From positions 124,001 to 188,000 of the IMG/VR virus record IMGVR_UViG_3300045999_008996: 64,000 bases of DNA. One strand, 5' to 3'. Below are positions 1-8,276 of this stretch, piece after piece. Every line of letters starts with the position of its first letter. Position 1 is the stretch's first letter. Made by a program: the position numbers and the translations under genes. The notes beneath the pieces are model-generated. The model saw nothing but the letters and a program-made list of their open reading frames with translations. It made no database searches and was not told the origin of the DNA.

Positions 1-3000
1 AACAGATCTAAAGATTTCTAAAGAATTTGAAGTAACTGCTTGCTTGATTCTAAAGATTTCATTATTAATTAACAGATAATCGCCAAGATTTAATCCAAGA
101 GAGACCGCATTTGGAACATTCAATGTAGTTGAATCCAAATCAGTTGCAAGAATTGAAGTTCCAAGAGTTGTTGTAATTCCAGCATACTGATAATCTAAAC
201 GACCTGAACTATTTTCAGTATCTTTATCTAAGTTACCACCATAAGAAGTTAACGTAGGACGATAAGCATATAGAGTTCCTGTAGGTGAGATAGAAGTTGT
301 TGCACCAATACCAATATTAATATCTACAAGTGAATTTCCAACAGGACTATAAAGTTTTTTAACAATAAAATCTCCATTAAATGCAGATTGGTTTGCACCT
401 CTAATAACAACTTTATTATCAACTCTAAATCCATGACTGGTTGTAAATCCAACAGTTGCAAGTCCGGTTACAGAGTTATAAACAAACGTAGACACTCCTA
501 CGGTTTTCCCCGTAAATACATATCCAGAAGAAGCAGTTACTGTTGATCCTAATCCTACAGTTGAAAATCCGGAAATTGTCTCACTAGAAATTACATTAAT
601 TTCTTTTGTTTTACCTGTAGAAATTCCAGAAACTCTGTAAATTGTGTTATATTCAGAGTTTGATGTAGAGGGAATTCCAAAAATTTTAAGAGTGTCCTCA
701 ACATTATTAGAAATAGATTCAACTCTTACAACACCTATGGTGTGACTTGCAGTAGTTGCGACACCAACAACCGTAAGAGTATTTCCAATACCATATGCAG
801 AACCACCATCAATAATCTGAACTCCAGTGATTGCACCTGCAGTAACAGAAATTCTTGCAGTTGCATTTGCTCCTGTAGTCGATCCAGCAAAACCTACCAA
901 TCTAGCATTATAAAGATTTCCAGTAAAACTACCAGTCGATCCATAATTGCTACCACTACTTACAATACTAACTGTGGTGATTCCAGAAAGTCCATGATCA
1001 ATTGCAGTATAAATTGTGTGGGCGGTTCCGCTAGATGATTGAATATTCGTAATACCATACCCAACAATATAGGATTCTAAAGTCTCTTTAGTAATACTTT
1101 TTCGTGGATCATTTACTACAACTTTTCCAATAATGTCCGGAAGAGCATGAGAATCTGAAGCATCTAAATCAGATTCTGGATTGTCATTATTCGATTGTGG
1201 ATAAAGATTATCAATTGGTTGAGCGAATGATTCATCCCTAAATGGAGTAACTGTTGGTTTGTTTGAATAGTTAATTAGAGTCAAATAGTAAACACCATCT
1301 TGCACATTGGCAATGTATGGTTGAACTACTTGGGTTCTATAGACTTGATAGGTTTTTGTATATCTCTTTCTTCTAAAGTATGGAAGACTTGAAGTTCTGC
1401 TAGAAGTATCGTTTACAAAAGAACCAAGAGATGTTGTCACCGTATAAGTGAATTCCTTTGCACTTGGAATTGATGTTACGGTATATGTACCATTGTACCC
1501 TGAAGGAGATACATTAACGACTTCAATTTCTTCACCAACTTTTAAATTATGCGGAATTTCTGCACGAATTGTAACAGTGCCTGAAGAGTAAGAAGCATTT
1601 GCAATAAACTTAGGATTTCTAAGTAAAGTTGAATTTGAAATTGCACCAGAACTATTATAAAGTTGTCCAATTTCAGTAGTACCAGTTCCTATGATGTTGT
1701 TAGATTCTTGAAGAATAAATCCATCAGTCGGTGGTTTTGCTGTAGTAGAAGAATTTTTTGGAAGAACATAACGAACTCGATAGAGAGTATCAACTAAACT
1801 TCTAGAGTCTGGTTTACGTGTTACATAAGATCTTGTAGTTGCATCACCAAGACCCGAAACTCCTGAAGAATTAATTATGTTATAAATTCCATTATCTGTA
1901 GTATCTACGTTTACATACCACTGATTATCAAATTGAACTGGATGACCAATATCTCCTGGATTCTTATCAGAAACTCTACTTACAATACTTAAAGTTCCCC
2001 CTTTATTATTGATACTAATTGCATTTGCTGAAACAGATCCATTGATTGCACTACTTAAGGTTTTTGCAATTCTAATTTCATCCGTTCCAATTCCAGTTGC
2101 AGATTCTTTTGTAATTGCATAATAAATCTGATTCGCCTCTAGTCCATCGGGAAGATGTCCATCATCAGCAATAATACGAATTGATTCTCCATTTGAGAAT
2201 GAATGAGGTTCTGTTAATCTAAGAGTATTAGAATTAATACTGTTGATTCCAACTGGAGTCCTTAAAACAGTAAATAATTTCTCTGAAGAAGATTGAGTTG
2301 AATTATAAGGACCAAACGGCATTACAACTCTTGAGGAATAAGATGTAAGTGCTCCACCAACAAAAGATTGAATATTCAATCTTTCATTTTGCTTTGCTCC
2401 AATATGATAACCTTCAATTAATACTTTTGGTTGTACATTTTGATTAGTCTCACCATAGAGATAAAGATGTGAAGTTGTGCCGGCACCTGCAGATTTTGAT
2501 GTGGTAACTCCAACATCAATTGCACCAAACTCCACACTAATTTCGACATCTTCAATTTCTTTTGGGGGAATTATGTGGGTAATATATCCGTAATCATCTT
2601 GAGAGAATGCCTCTCTCTTAAATCCACTAGCTACTAACGCTTTCGCACCGAAGTTTGAGTTAGAATTATTGATTGCAAGATCGCCACCATTTTCTGCTAC
2701 AAAGTGCTGAGCATATCCAATAGCAAAAACAGAAACTAATTGTAAAAATGAGTCGTTTGTTGCTTTAATATGGAAGTTTTCATATGTAGGTTTGAATCTG
2801 GATCTAGAATCTATATTAAGATTGCTTAGTTTTGTTGAGTCCTTATATTCTCCTGCGCTAGCATCATATTTTACAAATGCATTTTCGTCTTTTTGAAGTC
2901 CAATACCAGTGTATTGAGCAACGACCATAGATTTAAATCCTGTTGCTTTATCACCATCCGCAAGTAATCCACACATTCCGTAAACAGAACGTACAGAGAT

Positions 3001-4167
3001 GTTAAAAATGTATGGAGATGCTGAAGTAACTGTATCAACAACAAGATTTAAAGTTGCTCCTGTTGGAGTTGGAAGTGGATTTACTGGTGTATTTTGTGTT
3101 TTATATGTAATTCTTGTACTACTCAATACACTATTAATCACGTATTGCCCATTATAACCATCAACACTCATTCCACTGATTTGAATTGGACTATCAACAC
3201 TCAAACCTTCAATAGTGTTTGCAAGATCCACCGTGATTGTATTTGTCGCTGTTGGGACTGTCCCTCCCCCAGCACGAATACTTGTAATACCTACAGAAGC
3301 ACCTTTTGGACCTACAATACGATATTCATCAATAACTGGTTGAATGTCTACAGTTCCTGCACCATAATCTGGAGTAATTTCTCTTCCCGAAGAAGCACCA
3401 TAAACTGCAGCGACCTTCTCATAATACATGTCTAGATCAGTTCTGGCAGTCCAACCAGATGTTGTCTCATTATATGTAAGAAAATCATCGTTAATTTTTA
3501 CGATATTTACACCATCAGCATATTCAAATCCCGCAAGTTTATGATGAGAGAAATTAGGAACGAAAATATTGTCTGTATAGTCCTTATAGCAAGTTCCATT
3601 TGGATCAGCATCTAAAATAGTAAACTGCCAAAAATAACAAGCACCTGTTGTACGGAAAATAGAAGATCTTTCAATATTATCATTCTCTGGATTTGGAACA
3701 TACAAAGGACGAATCTTGGTCTTACGAAGATCCATACCAACAATTGATGTTCCCCTTGGAACTACAACGCCACCATGAACTGAATTGAGTTTATAAAGTG
3801 GATTATCTGGGTCTGTCAGATCAAACCGAGTATCTATGTCCCATTGACCTAAATTAGTAAGATTTGTTAAACCACTTCTTGCAGAATAAGTTCCTGTGCC
3901 TGTAGGAATATATCCAGGACGGTTATCTATAAGGTGGTCGCCTGGATATAATACAATTGTTGTTTTATTAAATCTATCGTTATTTAATCCACGCTGATAT
4001 GAAAATCTTGCTGCTTCAATCAGTGCTCTTTGAATAGTCTTAAACGGTCTTGTTAAACTATTTCCTGAGTTTTCAATACTGTCCGTCGAATCAAGACTAT
4101 TTGGATCAACATAAAGAATTGTTCCTCTTGCCGACTTCAGAAAATTATCGAGGCGTGAAAGACCCAT
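1..4167 (-). CDS. Large virion structural / tail-fibre-like protein (3' end outside window; missing from ORF track)
   Basis: ATG at 4167 gives MGLSRLDNFLKSARGTILYVDPNSLDSTDSIENSGNSLTRPFKTIQRALIEAARF, an N-terminus typical of cyanomyovirus fibre-like proteins. The frame is still open at base 1 (..EIFRIKQAVTSNSLEIFRSV). Late-promoter-like GATAAATA lies upstream (~4197-4204). Confidence 0.8.
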   Translation of the reverse strand, partial: MGLSRLDNFLKSARGTILYVDPNSLDSTDSIENSGNSLTRPFKTIQRALIEAARFSYQRGLNNDRFNKTTIVLYPGDHLIDNRPGYIPTGTGTYSARSGLTNLTNLGQWDIDTRFDLTDPDNPLYKLNSVHGGVVVPRGTSIVGMDLRKTKIRPLYVPNPENDNIERSSIFRTTGACYFWQFTILDADPNGTCYKDYTDNIFVPNFSHHKLAGFEYADGVNIVKINDDFLTYNETTSGWTARTDLDMYYEKVAAVYGASSGREITPDYGAGTVDIQPVIDEYRIVGPKGASVGITSIRAGGGTVPTATNTITVDLANTIEGLSVDSPIQISGMSVDGYNGQYVINSVLSSTRITYKTQNTPVNPLPTPTGATLNLVVDTVTSASPYIFNISVRSVYGMCGLLADGDKATGFKSMVVAQYTGIGLQKDENAFVKYDASAGEYKDSTKLSNLNIDSRSRFKPTYENFHIKATNDSFLQLVSVFAIGYAQHFVAENGGDLAINNSNSNFGAKALVASGFKREAFSQDDYGYITHIIPPKEIEDVEISVEFGAIDVGVTTSKSAGAGTTSHLYLYGETNQNVQPKVLIEGYHIGAKQNERLNIQSFVGGALTSYSSRVVMPFGPYNSTQSSSEKLFTVLRTPVGINSINSNTLRLTEPHSFSNGESIRIIADDGHLPDGLEANQIYYAITKESATGIGTDEIRIAKTLSSAINGSVSANAISINNKGGTLSIVSRVSDKNPGDIGHPVQFDNQWYVNVDTTDNGIYNIINSSGVSGLGDATTRSYVTRKPDSRSLVDTLYRVRYVLPKNSSTTAKPPTDGFILQESNNIIGTGTTEIGQLYNSSGAISNSTLLRNPKFIANASYSSGTVTIRAEIPHNLKVGEEIEVVNVSPSGYNGTYTVTSIPSAKEFTYTVTTSLGSFVNDTSSRTSSLPYFRRKRYTKTYQVYRTQVVQPYIANVQDGVYYLTLINYSNKPTVTPFRDESFAQPIDNLYPQSNNDNPESDLDASDSHALPDIIGKVVVNDPRKSITKETLESYIVGYGITNIQSSSGTAHTIYTAIDHGLSGITTVSIVSSGSNYGSTGSFTGNLYNARLVGFAGSTTGANATARISVTAGAITGVQIIDGGSAYGIGNTLTVVGVATTASHTIGVVRVESISNNVEDTLKIFGIPSTSNSEYNTIYRVSGISTGKTKEINVISSETISGFSTVGLGSTVTASSGYVFTGKTVGVSTFVYNSVTGLATVGFTTSHGFRVDNKVVIRGANQSAFNGDFIVKKLYSPVGNSLVDINIGIGATTSISPTGTLYAYRPTLTSYGGNLDKDTENSSGRLDYQYAGITTTLGTSILATDLDSTTLNVPNAVSLGLNLGDYLLINNEIFRIKQAVTSNSLEIFRSV

Positions 4168-4211
4168 CTTATTAATACTTATAGTTCCGTTATGGATTAT
4201 TTATCATACAA

Positions 4212-4232
4212 CAAAACCCTCCGAAGAGGGTT
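4212..4232 (-). terminator. Rho-independent terminator with UUCG loop
   Basis: Minus strand ACCCTC-TTCG-GAGGGT-TTTTG. Confidence 0.75.
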
Positions 4233-4257
4233 CTGAAGTCACACGGAAGGGGTTTGG

Positions 4258-4887
4258 TTAAGTATCGCCTTGATTATTATACCACTTCTCTTCTTTCCAC
4301 GTCAACCTTTTTTGCAAGTCTTTATCAAATACCATCAAGTATCTATGCTTTCTACTTCTTTCTTTCCATTCACCCTCTATACCTTTAACAGAACCTCTGG
4401 AATGCTTGGTTCCATCAGCATAATAAAAGTCTTTTTTAGGGTCTGTTAAACCGTAGTAAGTAAAATTACAAGCTCTGTATATAACTCCAGTGTGGTGATT
4501 AGAGTCAGCGTAACTAAGAATAGCACGAACTGTGGCATCTTTTTTAAATCTCCTTATGCAACGACTGACGAACCAAGATGTGATATTATATTCCTCTTTT
4601 TGAACATCTGGATGAATACAGAGTCTTGATAACTCGTAGATTCCTTCCTGCTCGTGCCTTTGCAATCCAAATGCACCTACTGCAATTTCTGGAACTGGGA
4701 GACCAGTAAAAATGCAAGCACCAACAGACCCGCCAATATTAAGGATGTCTGTGAATGACTTTCTGTAAAGTGAGTAGTTATATCCACTTTTGAAATCTTT
4801 TGATTCGTCTTTAAGATAATGGTAGGTATAAAGAAGTTCTTTGATTTCTTCCTTACTTACTTTATCTAGGTAAAAATCAGATTTCAT
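4258..4887 (-). CDS. Mom-like (GNAT-fold) DNA adenine-modification protein
   Basis: Motifs ELSRLC and ILSYADSNHHTGVIYRACNFTYYG match the SYAD..H.G.IY.A.NF.Y.G pattern of Mu Mom homologues. Confidence 0.7.
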   Translation of the reverse strand: MKSDFYLDKVSKEEIKELLYTYHYLKDESKDFKSGYNYSLYRKSFTDILNIGGSVGACIFTGLPVPEIAVGAFGLQRHEQEGIYELSRLCIHPDVQKEEYNITSWFVSRCIRRFKKDATVRAILSYADSNHHTGVIYRACNFTYYGLTDPKKDFYYADGTKHSRGSVKGIEGEWKERSRKHRYLMVFDKDLQKRLTWKEEKWYNNQGDT

Positions 4888-4896
4888 TAAGTATTT

Positions 4897-5070
4897 TTAC
4901 TCACTTTGTTTGCATTCTAACATATATTCCACTGTATTTGCTACATCATTCATAGCATCACGAAGATGTGGTTGTTGTCCAGATTCTTGTTTTAGAATAG
5001 GTCTGGAATCATCAGTAAGAATCCAACGCCACTGCTTCATAGATTCACAATACCACAGATTAATTTTCAT
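4897..5070 (-). CDS. Hypothetical protein (57 aa, MKINLWYCESMKQWRW..)
   Basis: Start re-assigned to the ATG overlapping the upstream ORF stop. Confidence 0.6.
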   Translation of the reverse strand: MKINLWYCESMKQWRWILTDDSRPILKQESGQQPHLRDAMNDVANTVEYMLECKQSE

Positions 5071-5218
5071 GTTTGAAGTGCTCCAATTCGACCCAGTTAA
5101 GGAGGGTTTGGAATGCCCCGATAGAGGCAGGAGTGCAGTTATCTTCCTTAAGTTTTTGAACATAATATTCAAGTGCTTCAATGACCATTTGACGGTCTGT
5201 TTGCGAAATAAGTGACAT
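5060..5218 (-). CDS. Hypothetical protein (MSLISQTDRQMVIEALEYY..)
   Basis: The track extension runs through tRNA-Thr, so the real start is the ATG at 5218. Confidence 0.6.
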   Translation of the reverse strand: MSLISQTDRQMVIEALEYYVQKLKEDNCTPASIGAFQTLLNWVELEHFKHEN

Positions 5219-5235
5219 TGGAGTTATAGAACTCA

Positions 5236-5307
5236 AGCCCCCGACAAGATTTGAACTTGCGACATCGGCTTTACAAAAGCCGCGCTCTACCACTGAGCTA
5301 CAAGGGC
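5236..5307 (-). tRNA. trnT: tRNA-Thr(UGU)
   Basis: Cloverleaf GCCCTTG..CGGGGGC, anticodon loop TT-TGT-AA, T loop GTTCAAAT. Confidence 0.95.
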
Positions 5308-5308
5308 A

Positions 5309-5578
5309 TTAATCAACAGGTAACATTTCTGGATTTTCCAGTTCCAAATCATATAAGAGTGGATGACATTCTTCAAGCATTAAGTAGTATGATGCCTGAT
5401 AAAGGTCTTCTGGTTCAAAACGTCTTTCGTTATCTGCTAATTTGATCAGTTCCAAATCAAATAAAGATTCTTTTGGAAGATCGTCAAAAGTAAAAGGAAT
5501 TTGGTTTATGAAATACAGAAGGACAATTTCAGTTCCGCGATTATACCAAACGTATCTGGCATCTATTCTGTATTTCAT
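5309..5578 (-). CDS. Hypothetical cyanophage protein
   Basis: 89-aa ORF with GGA-containing RBS. Confidence 0.65.
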   Translation of the reverse strand: MKYRIDARYVWYNRGTEIVLLYFINQIPFTFDDLPKESLFDLELIKLADNERRFEPEDLYQASYYLMLEECHPLLYDLELENPEMLPVD

Positions 5579-5620
5579 AGAATAGTCCTTTACTTTTGTT
5601 TATTTAGAGGTAGAACCTCA

Positions 5621-5693
5621 TACCCGTGGCCAGATTCGAACTGGCACTGGAAGCATTTTAAGTGCTCTGTCTCTGCCGTTGGACTACACGGGC
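5621..5693 (-). tRNA. trnL: tRNA-Leu(UAA), short variable loop (73 nt)
   Basis: GCCCGTG..CACGGGT-A, anticodon arm GAGCA-CTTAAAA-TGCTT, 5-nt variable region. Confidence 0.9.
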
Positions 5694-5700
5694 AAAAAAC

Positions 5701-5904
5701 TTACGCTTTGTAAGTAATAGGATTATACTTGATGTACTCCCAGAATGTCAACTTCATTTCTTTTTGTGACATTCCGCAGTGCTTTGCTGCTTTGGGAAGA
5801 TTCCACTTTGCAGAAAAGAGTGCTTCATTTGCCTCTTTTACATTTTCAGGAGTGGTTTTAACAGTCTCTTCTTTGAGGTCTTTGTATGAGATTTTGTAAA
5901 CCAT
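5701..5904 (-). CDS. Hypothetical protein
   Basis: ORF MVYKISYKDLKEE..WNLPKAAKHCGMS (HTH-like segment). Confidence 0.6.
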   Translation of the reverse strand: MVYKISYKDLKEETVKTTPENVKEANEALFSAKWNLPKAAKHCGMSQKEMKLTFWEYIKYNPITYKA

Positions 5905-5984
5905 GTTTTTCAAAAAAGTAATAAGGGCAATTTTTACCGGGAGATTTTTTTCGACCTTTTTGGATTTAAAGGTCGATTTTGGTT

Positions 5985-6167
5985 TCAGAGTGGATTTGCG
6001 TATGAGAGAGTCTCTTCATCCACTGTAGCACGAACGAACTCTAGCACATTCATAAACTCATCTACCGTCTCACAGGTCACTTGTTTTTCTGACCCTTCAC
6101 TGGAGTACAGGTACACTGTACGCTTGATGGGGTCAACAACGCAGCGTGAGAGGTACTCGTCTTGCAT
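5985..6167 (-). CDS. Hypothetical protein
   Basis: 60-aa ORF behind a TTGACA-17-TATGAT promoter (~6193-6221). Confidence 0.65.
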   Translation of the reverse strand: MQDEYLSRCVVDPIKRTVYLYSSEGSEKQVTCETVDEFMNVLEFVRATVDEETLSYANPL

Positions 6168-6204
6168 TCGGTCGTCCGTTGATTACCCATGTATCATAGC
6201 ACGG

Positions 6205-6903
6205 TCAGTCCGCCCTGTCAAGCCCCTCCCATTGAGAATTTCTTCGATCATAGTCCCAACCACCAATTAAGAAGTTTTTATTACTGTCAGGGTAATCATT
6301 AGGTGTCTCCCCTTCATAAACAACATGAAGTTTCTCATCGTGATTCATTGGATTAACCCATCTTGCTGCCCAAACCTCGTAATAGCAATTGATATTTGCA
6401 CCAACTCCAGAACGAATAATAACTTTTCTACCCCATTCAATCCTATCAACTATTAAATCTTGAGAATATCCAATTTGAGTTAGAGTAACTGTGATTGTTT
6501 CTGGATCTATGAGACCATCCCAGTATTCTGGTAAGTCAATAGTATTTTCATCCTTAAGTTTTCCGCGAATATAAATTCCAGGTTCCGGTCCTTCCGCAAC
6601 AATGTGACGAATTCTTTTATTTTTATCTTTTACATGTGGAATATCGAATGCAGAAAGAACTTTATTTCCACTTGCAACTCCGTTCAGATTTCCATTAAAA
6701 ATTGGTGCTGTTGCTTGAGTATCAATTTGGAGATTTGCAAATCTTCCATTAACTTGAAGATATCTTGAGCAAGCATCAACAGGATAATCATCATCGCCTG
6801 TTGTAGATCTATGAATATAGTCATAACTTGGATGAGGAATTCCAACAACTGGTCCATCGCAGTTCTTGTTTCCAATATTTTTTGGTTCAAATCGATTTGC
6901 CAT
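6205..6903 (-). CDS. Tail-associated protein with FDIPH..RH..EGPE..Y.RG domain (paralogue of next gene)
   Basis: Shares its C-terminal domain with 6906..7685; lies in the baseplate module. Confidence 0.6.
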   Translation of the reverse strand: MANRFEPKNIGNKNCDGPVVGIPHPSYDYIHRSTTGDDDYPVDACSRYLQVNGRFANLQIDTQATAPIFNGNLNGVASGNKVLSAFDIPHVKDKNKRIRHIVAEGPEPGIYIRGKLKDENTIDLPEYWDGLIDPETITVTLTQIGYSQDLIVDRIEWGRKVIIRSGVGANINCYYEVWAARWVNPMNHDEKLHVVYEGETPNDYPDSNKNFLIGGWDYDRRNSQWEGLDRAD

Positions 6904-6905
6904 TC

Positions 6906-7685
6906 TTATTTCTCCTTAACGTCATAGTGATATCCGGAGATAGAATACTGATTATTATCTCCTGGATAATCTGCTGGACTTTCTCCGGGATATTCTGAAA
7001 TTAGTTTTTCACCATCTTTTCTTTCTGCCATAATGTAATAGAAACAATCTATTGGCATACCACCTTTTGCTTGAAGATATATTTTAGAGTCATCCCATCT
7101 TTTTATAATGACATCTTGATGAGAACCAATAGGGGTCAAATTAACAATGATTGTATTAATATCTACAAGATCTTTCCAATACTCTGGTAGGTGAATTTCT
7201 GTTTTATTTTTAACTCTTCCGCGAACATAAACATCATTTGAAGGTCCTTCTGGGCAAGTGTGTCTAAGTCTCCAACCTTCTTTTGTTGGATGAGGAATAT
7301 CAAAGTTTTTCTTTGCGGATAAGATATGCCCACCACAACGAGACATTACTTCTCCCTGAGCAACGATGTTATTTCCTGCAGCAATATTTTGAGAAACATC
7401 TAAATTGTCAAAGATTGCAGCATTTCCATCAATAGCAAGAGAATATGGGTTATTGACACCAGTGCATAACGTTCCAGGAACAATTGGCGGTATCGCTTCT
7501 TTATTTCTATTTGGTCCAACCATTAAGGTTGCATAGTTGAATGGAAACGATGAAGGTTCTCCAACAATTGCAGGTCCTTCAATATAAGCAGAACCTCTTG
7601 CTTCGAGAGGTCCTATACCTAAAGCAACAGGACTGCCCTCTCCAACAAATAATCTTTTTCCAACATATAAATCAGGTACTTTCAT
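6906..7685 (-). CDS. Tail-associated protein with FDIPHP..RLRH..EGP domain
   Basis: Short beta-helix-like N-terminal repeats plus the domain often found at the ends of phage tail proteins. Confidence 0.6.
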   Translation of the reverse strand: MKVPDLYVGKRLFVGEGSPVALGIGPLEARGSAYIEGPAIVGEPSSFPFNYATLMVGPNRNKEAIPPIVPGTLCTGVNNPYSLAIDGNAAIFDNLDVSQNIAAGNNIVAQGEVMSRCGGHILSAKKNFDIPHPTKEGWRLRHTCPEGPSNDVYVRGRVKNKTEIHLPEYWKDLVDINTIIVNLTPIGSHQDVIIKRWDDSKIYLQAKGGMPIDCFYYIMAERKDGEKLISEYPGESPADYPGDNNQYSISGYHYDVKEK

Positions 7686-7688
7686 ATT

Positions 7689-8276
7689 TTAAATCTTAAA
7701 TCTGTTTTCATTAGAAAAAATTCCACCTTTGGAACCTTTAATTTTAGTTGCGCCATCTGCACAATCAATCAAACCACCATAAATGTTGAGAATACCTTTA
7801 CCAATACACTCTACAGTTTTTTCTGAGAATATTTTGGTAGATACTTTACTATCTATATCGATTTGCTGAGACTTTAAAATAATTTTTTCATCGGAATCCA
7901 ATATTATGACACCTTTCTCATTCCCCGTCCCAGTTGCTCTTATGTCAACATTTTCAGCACAAATTCTTAATCTTCCCTTTGGAACATTAATTACAAAGTC
8001 ACCACTTTCTGCTTCAAAATAAACTCCAGGAACCTCTTTTGAAACATCAGCGGCAGCAATAACTTGATAAGTACCAGGACAACGATTTATTGTTCCCCCC
8101 TTTCTCCCTCCTTCGGCAGATCCATCAATATCCATTTGCATATAATGGCGTCCACCATCTGGACCAGTTCTGATCATAACTCCAGATTGAACATTATCAT
8201 CGTGGATATGTCCAAATCTTAATTCGCCGTGATGTGTTCCATATCTTATGGAATACCGATCTTTTTTCTGTGCCAT
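7689..8276 (-). CDS. Baseplate/spike-associated protein downstream of gp5
   Basis: Beta-rich 195-aa ORF translationally coupled to gp5. Confidence 0.5.
   Translation of the reverse strand: MAQKKDRYSIRYGTHHGELRFGHIHDDNVQSGVMIRTGPDGGRHYMQMDIDGSAEGGRKGGTINRCPGTYQVIAAADVSKEVPGVYFEAESGDFVINVPKGRLRICAENVDIRATGTGNEKGVIILDSDEKIILKSQQIDIDSKVSTKIFSEKTVECIGKGILNIYGGLIDCADGATKIKGSKGGIFSNENRFKI

Noticed and set aside
742-3435. + strand ORFs at 742-1038 and 3094-3435
   Set aside because: They lie antisense to the continuous tail-fibre-like frame 1-4167, which the track omitted because it has no stop in the window
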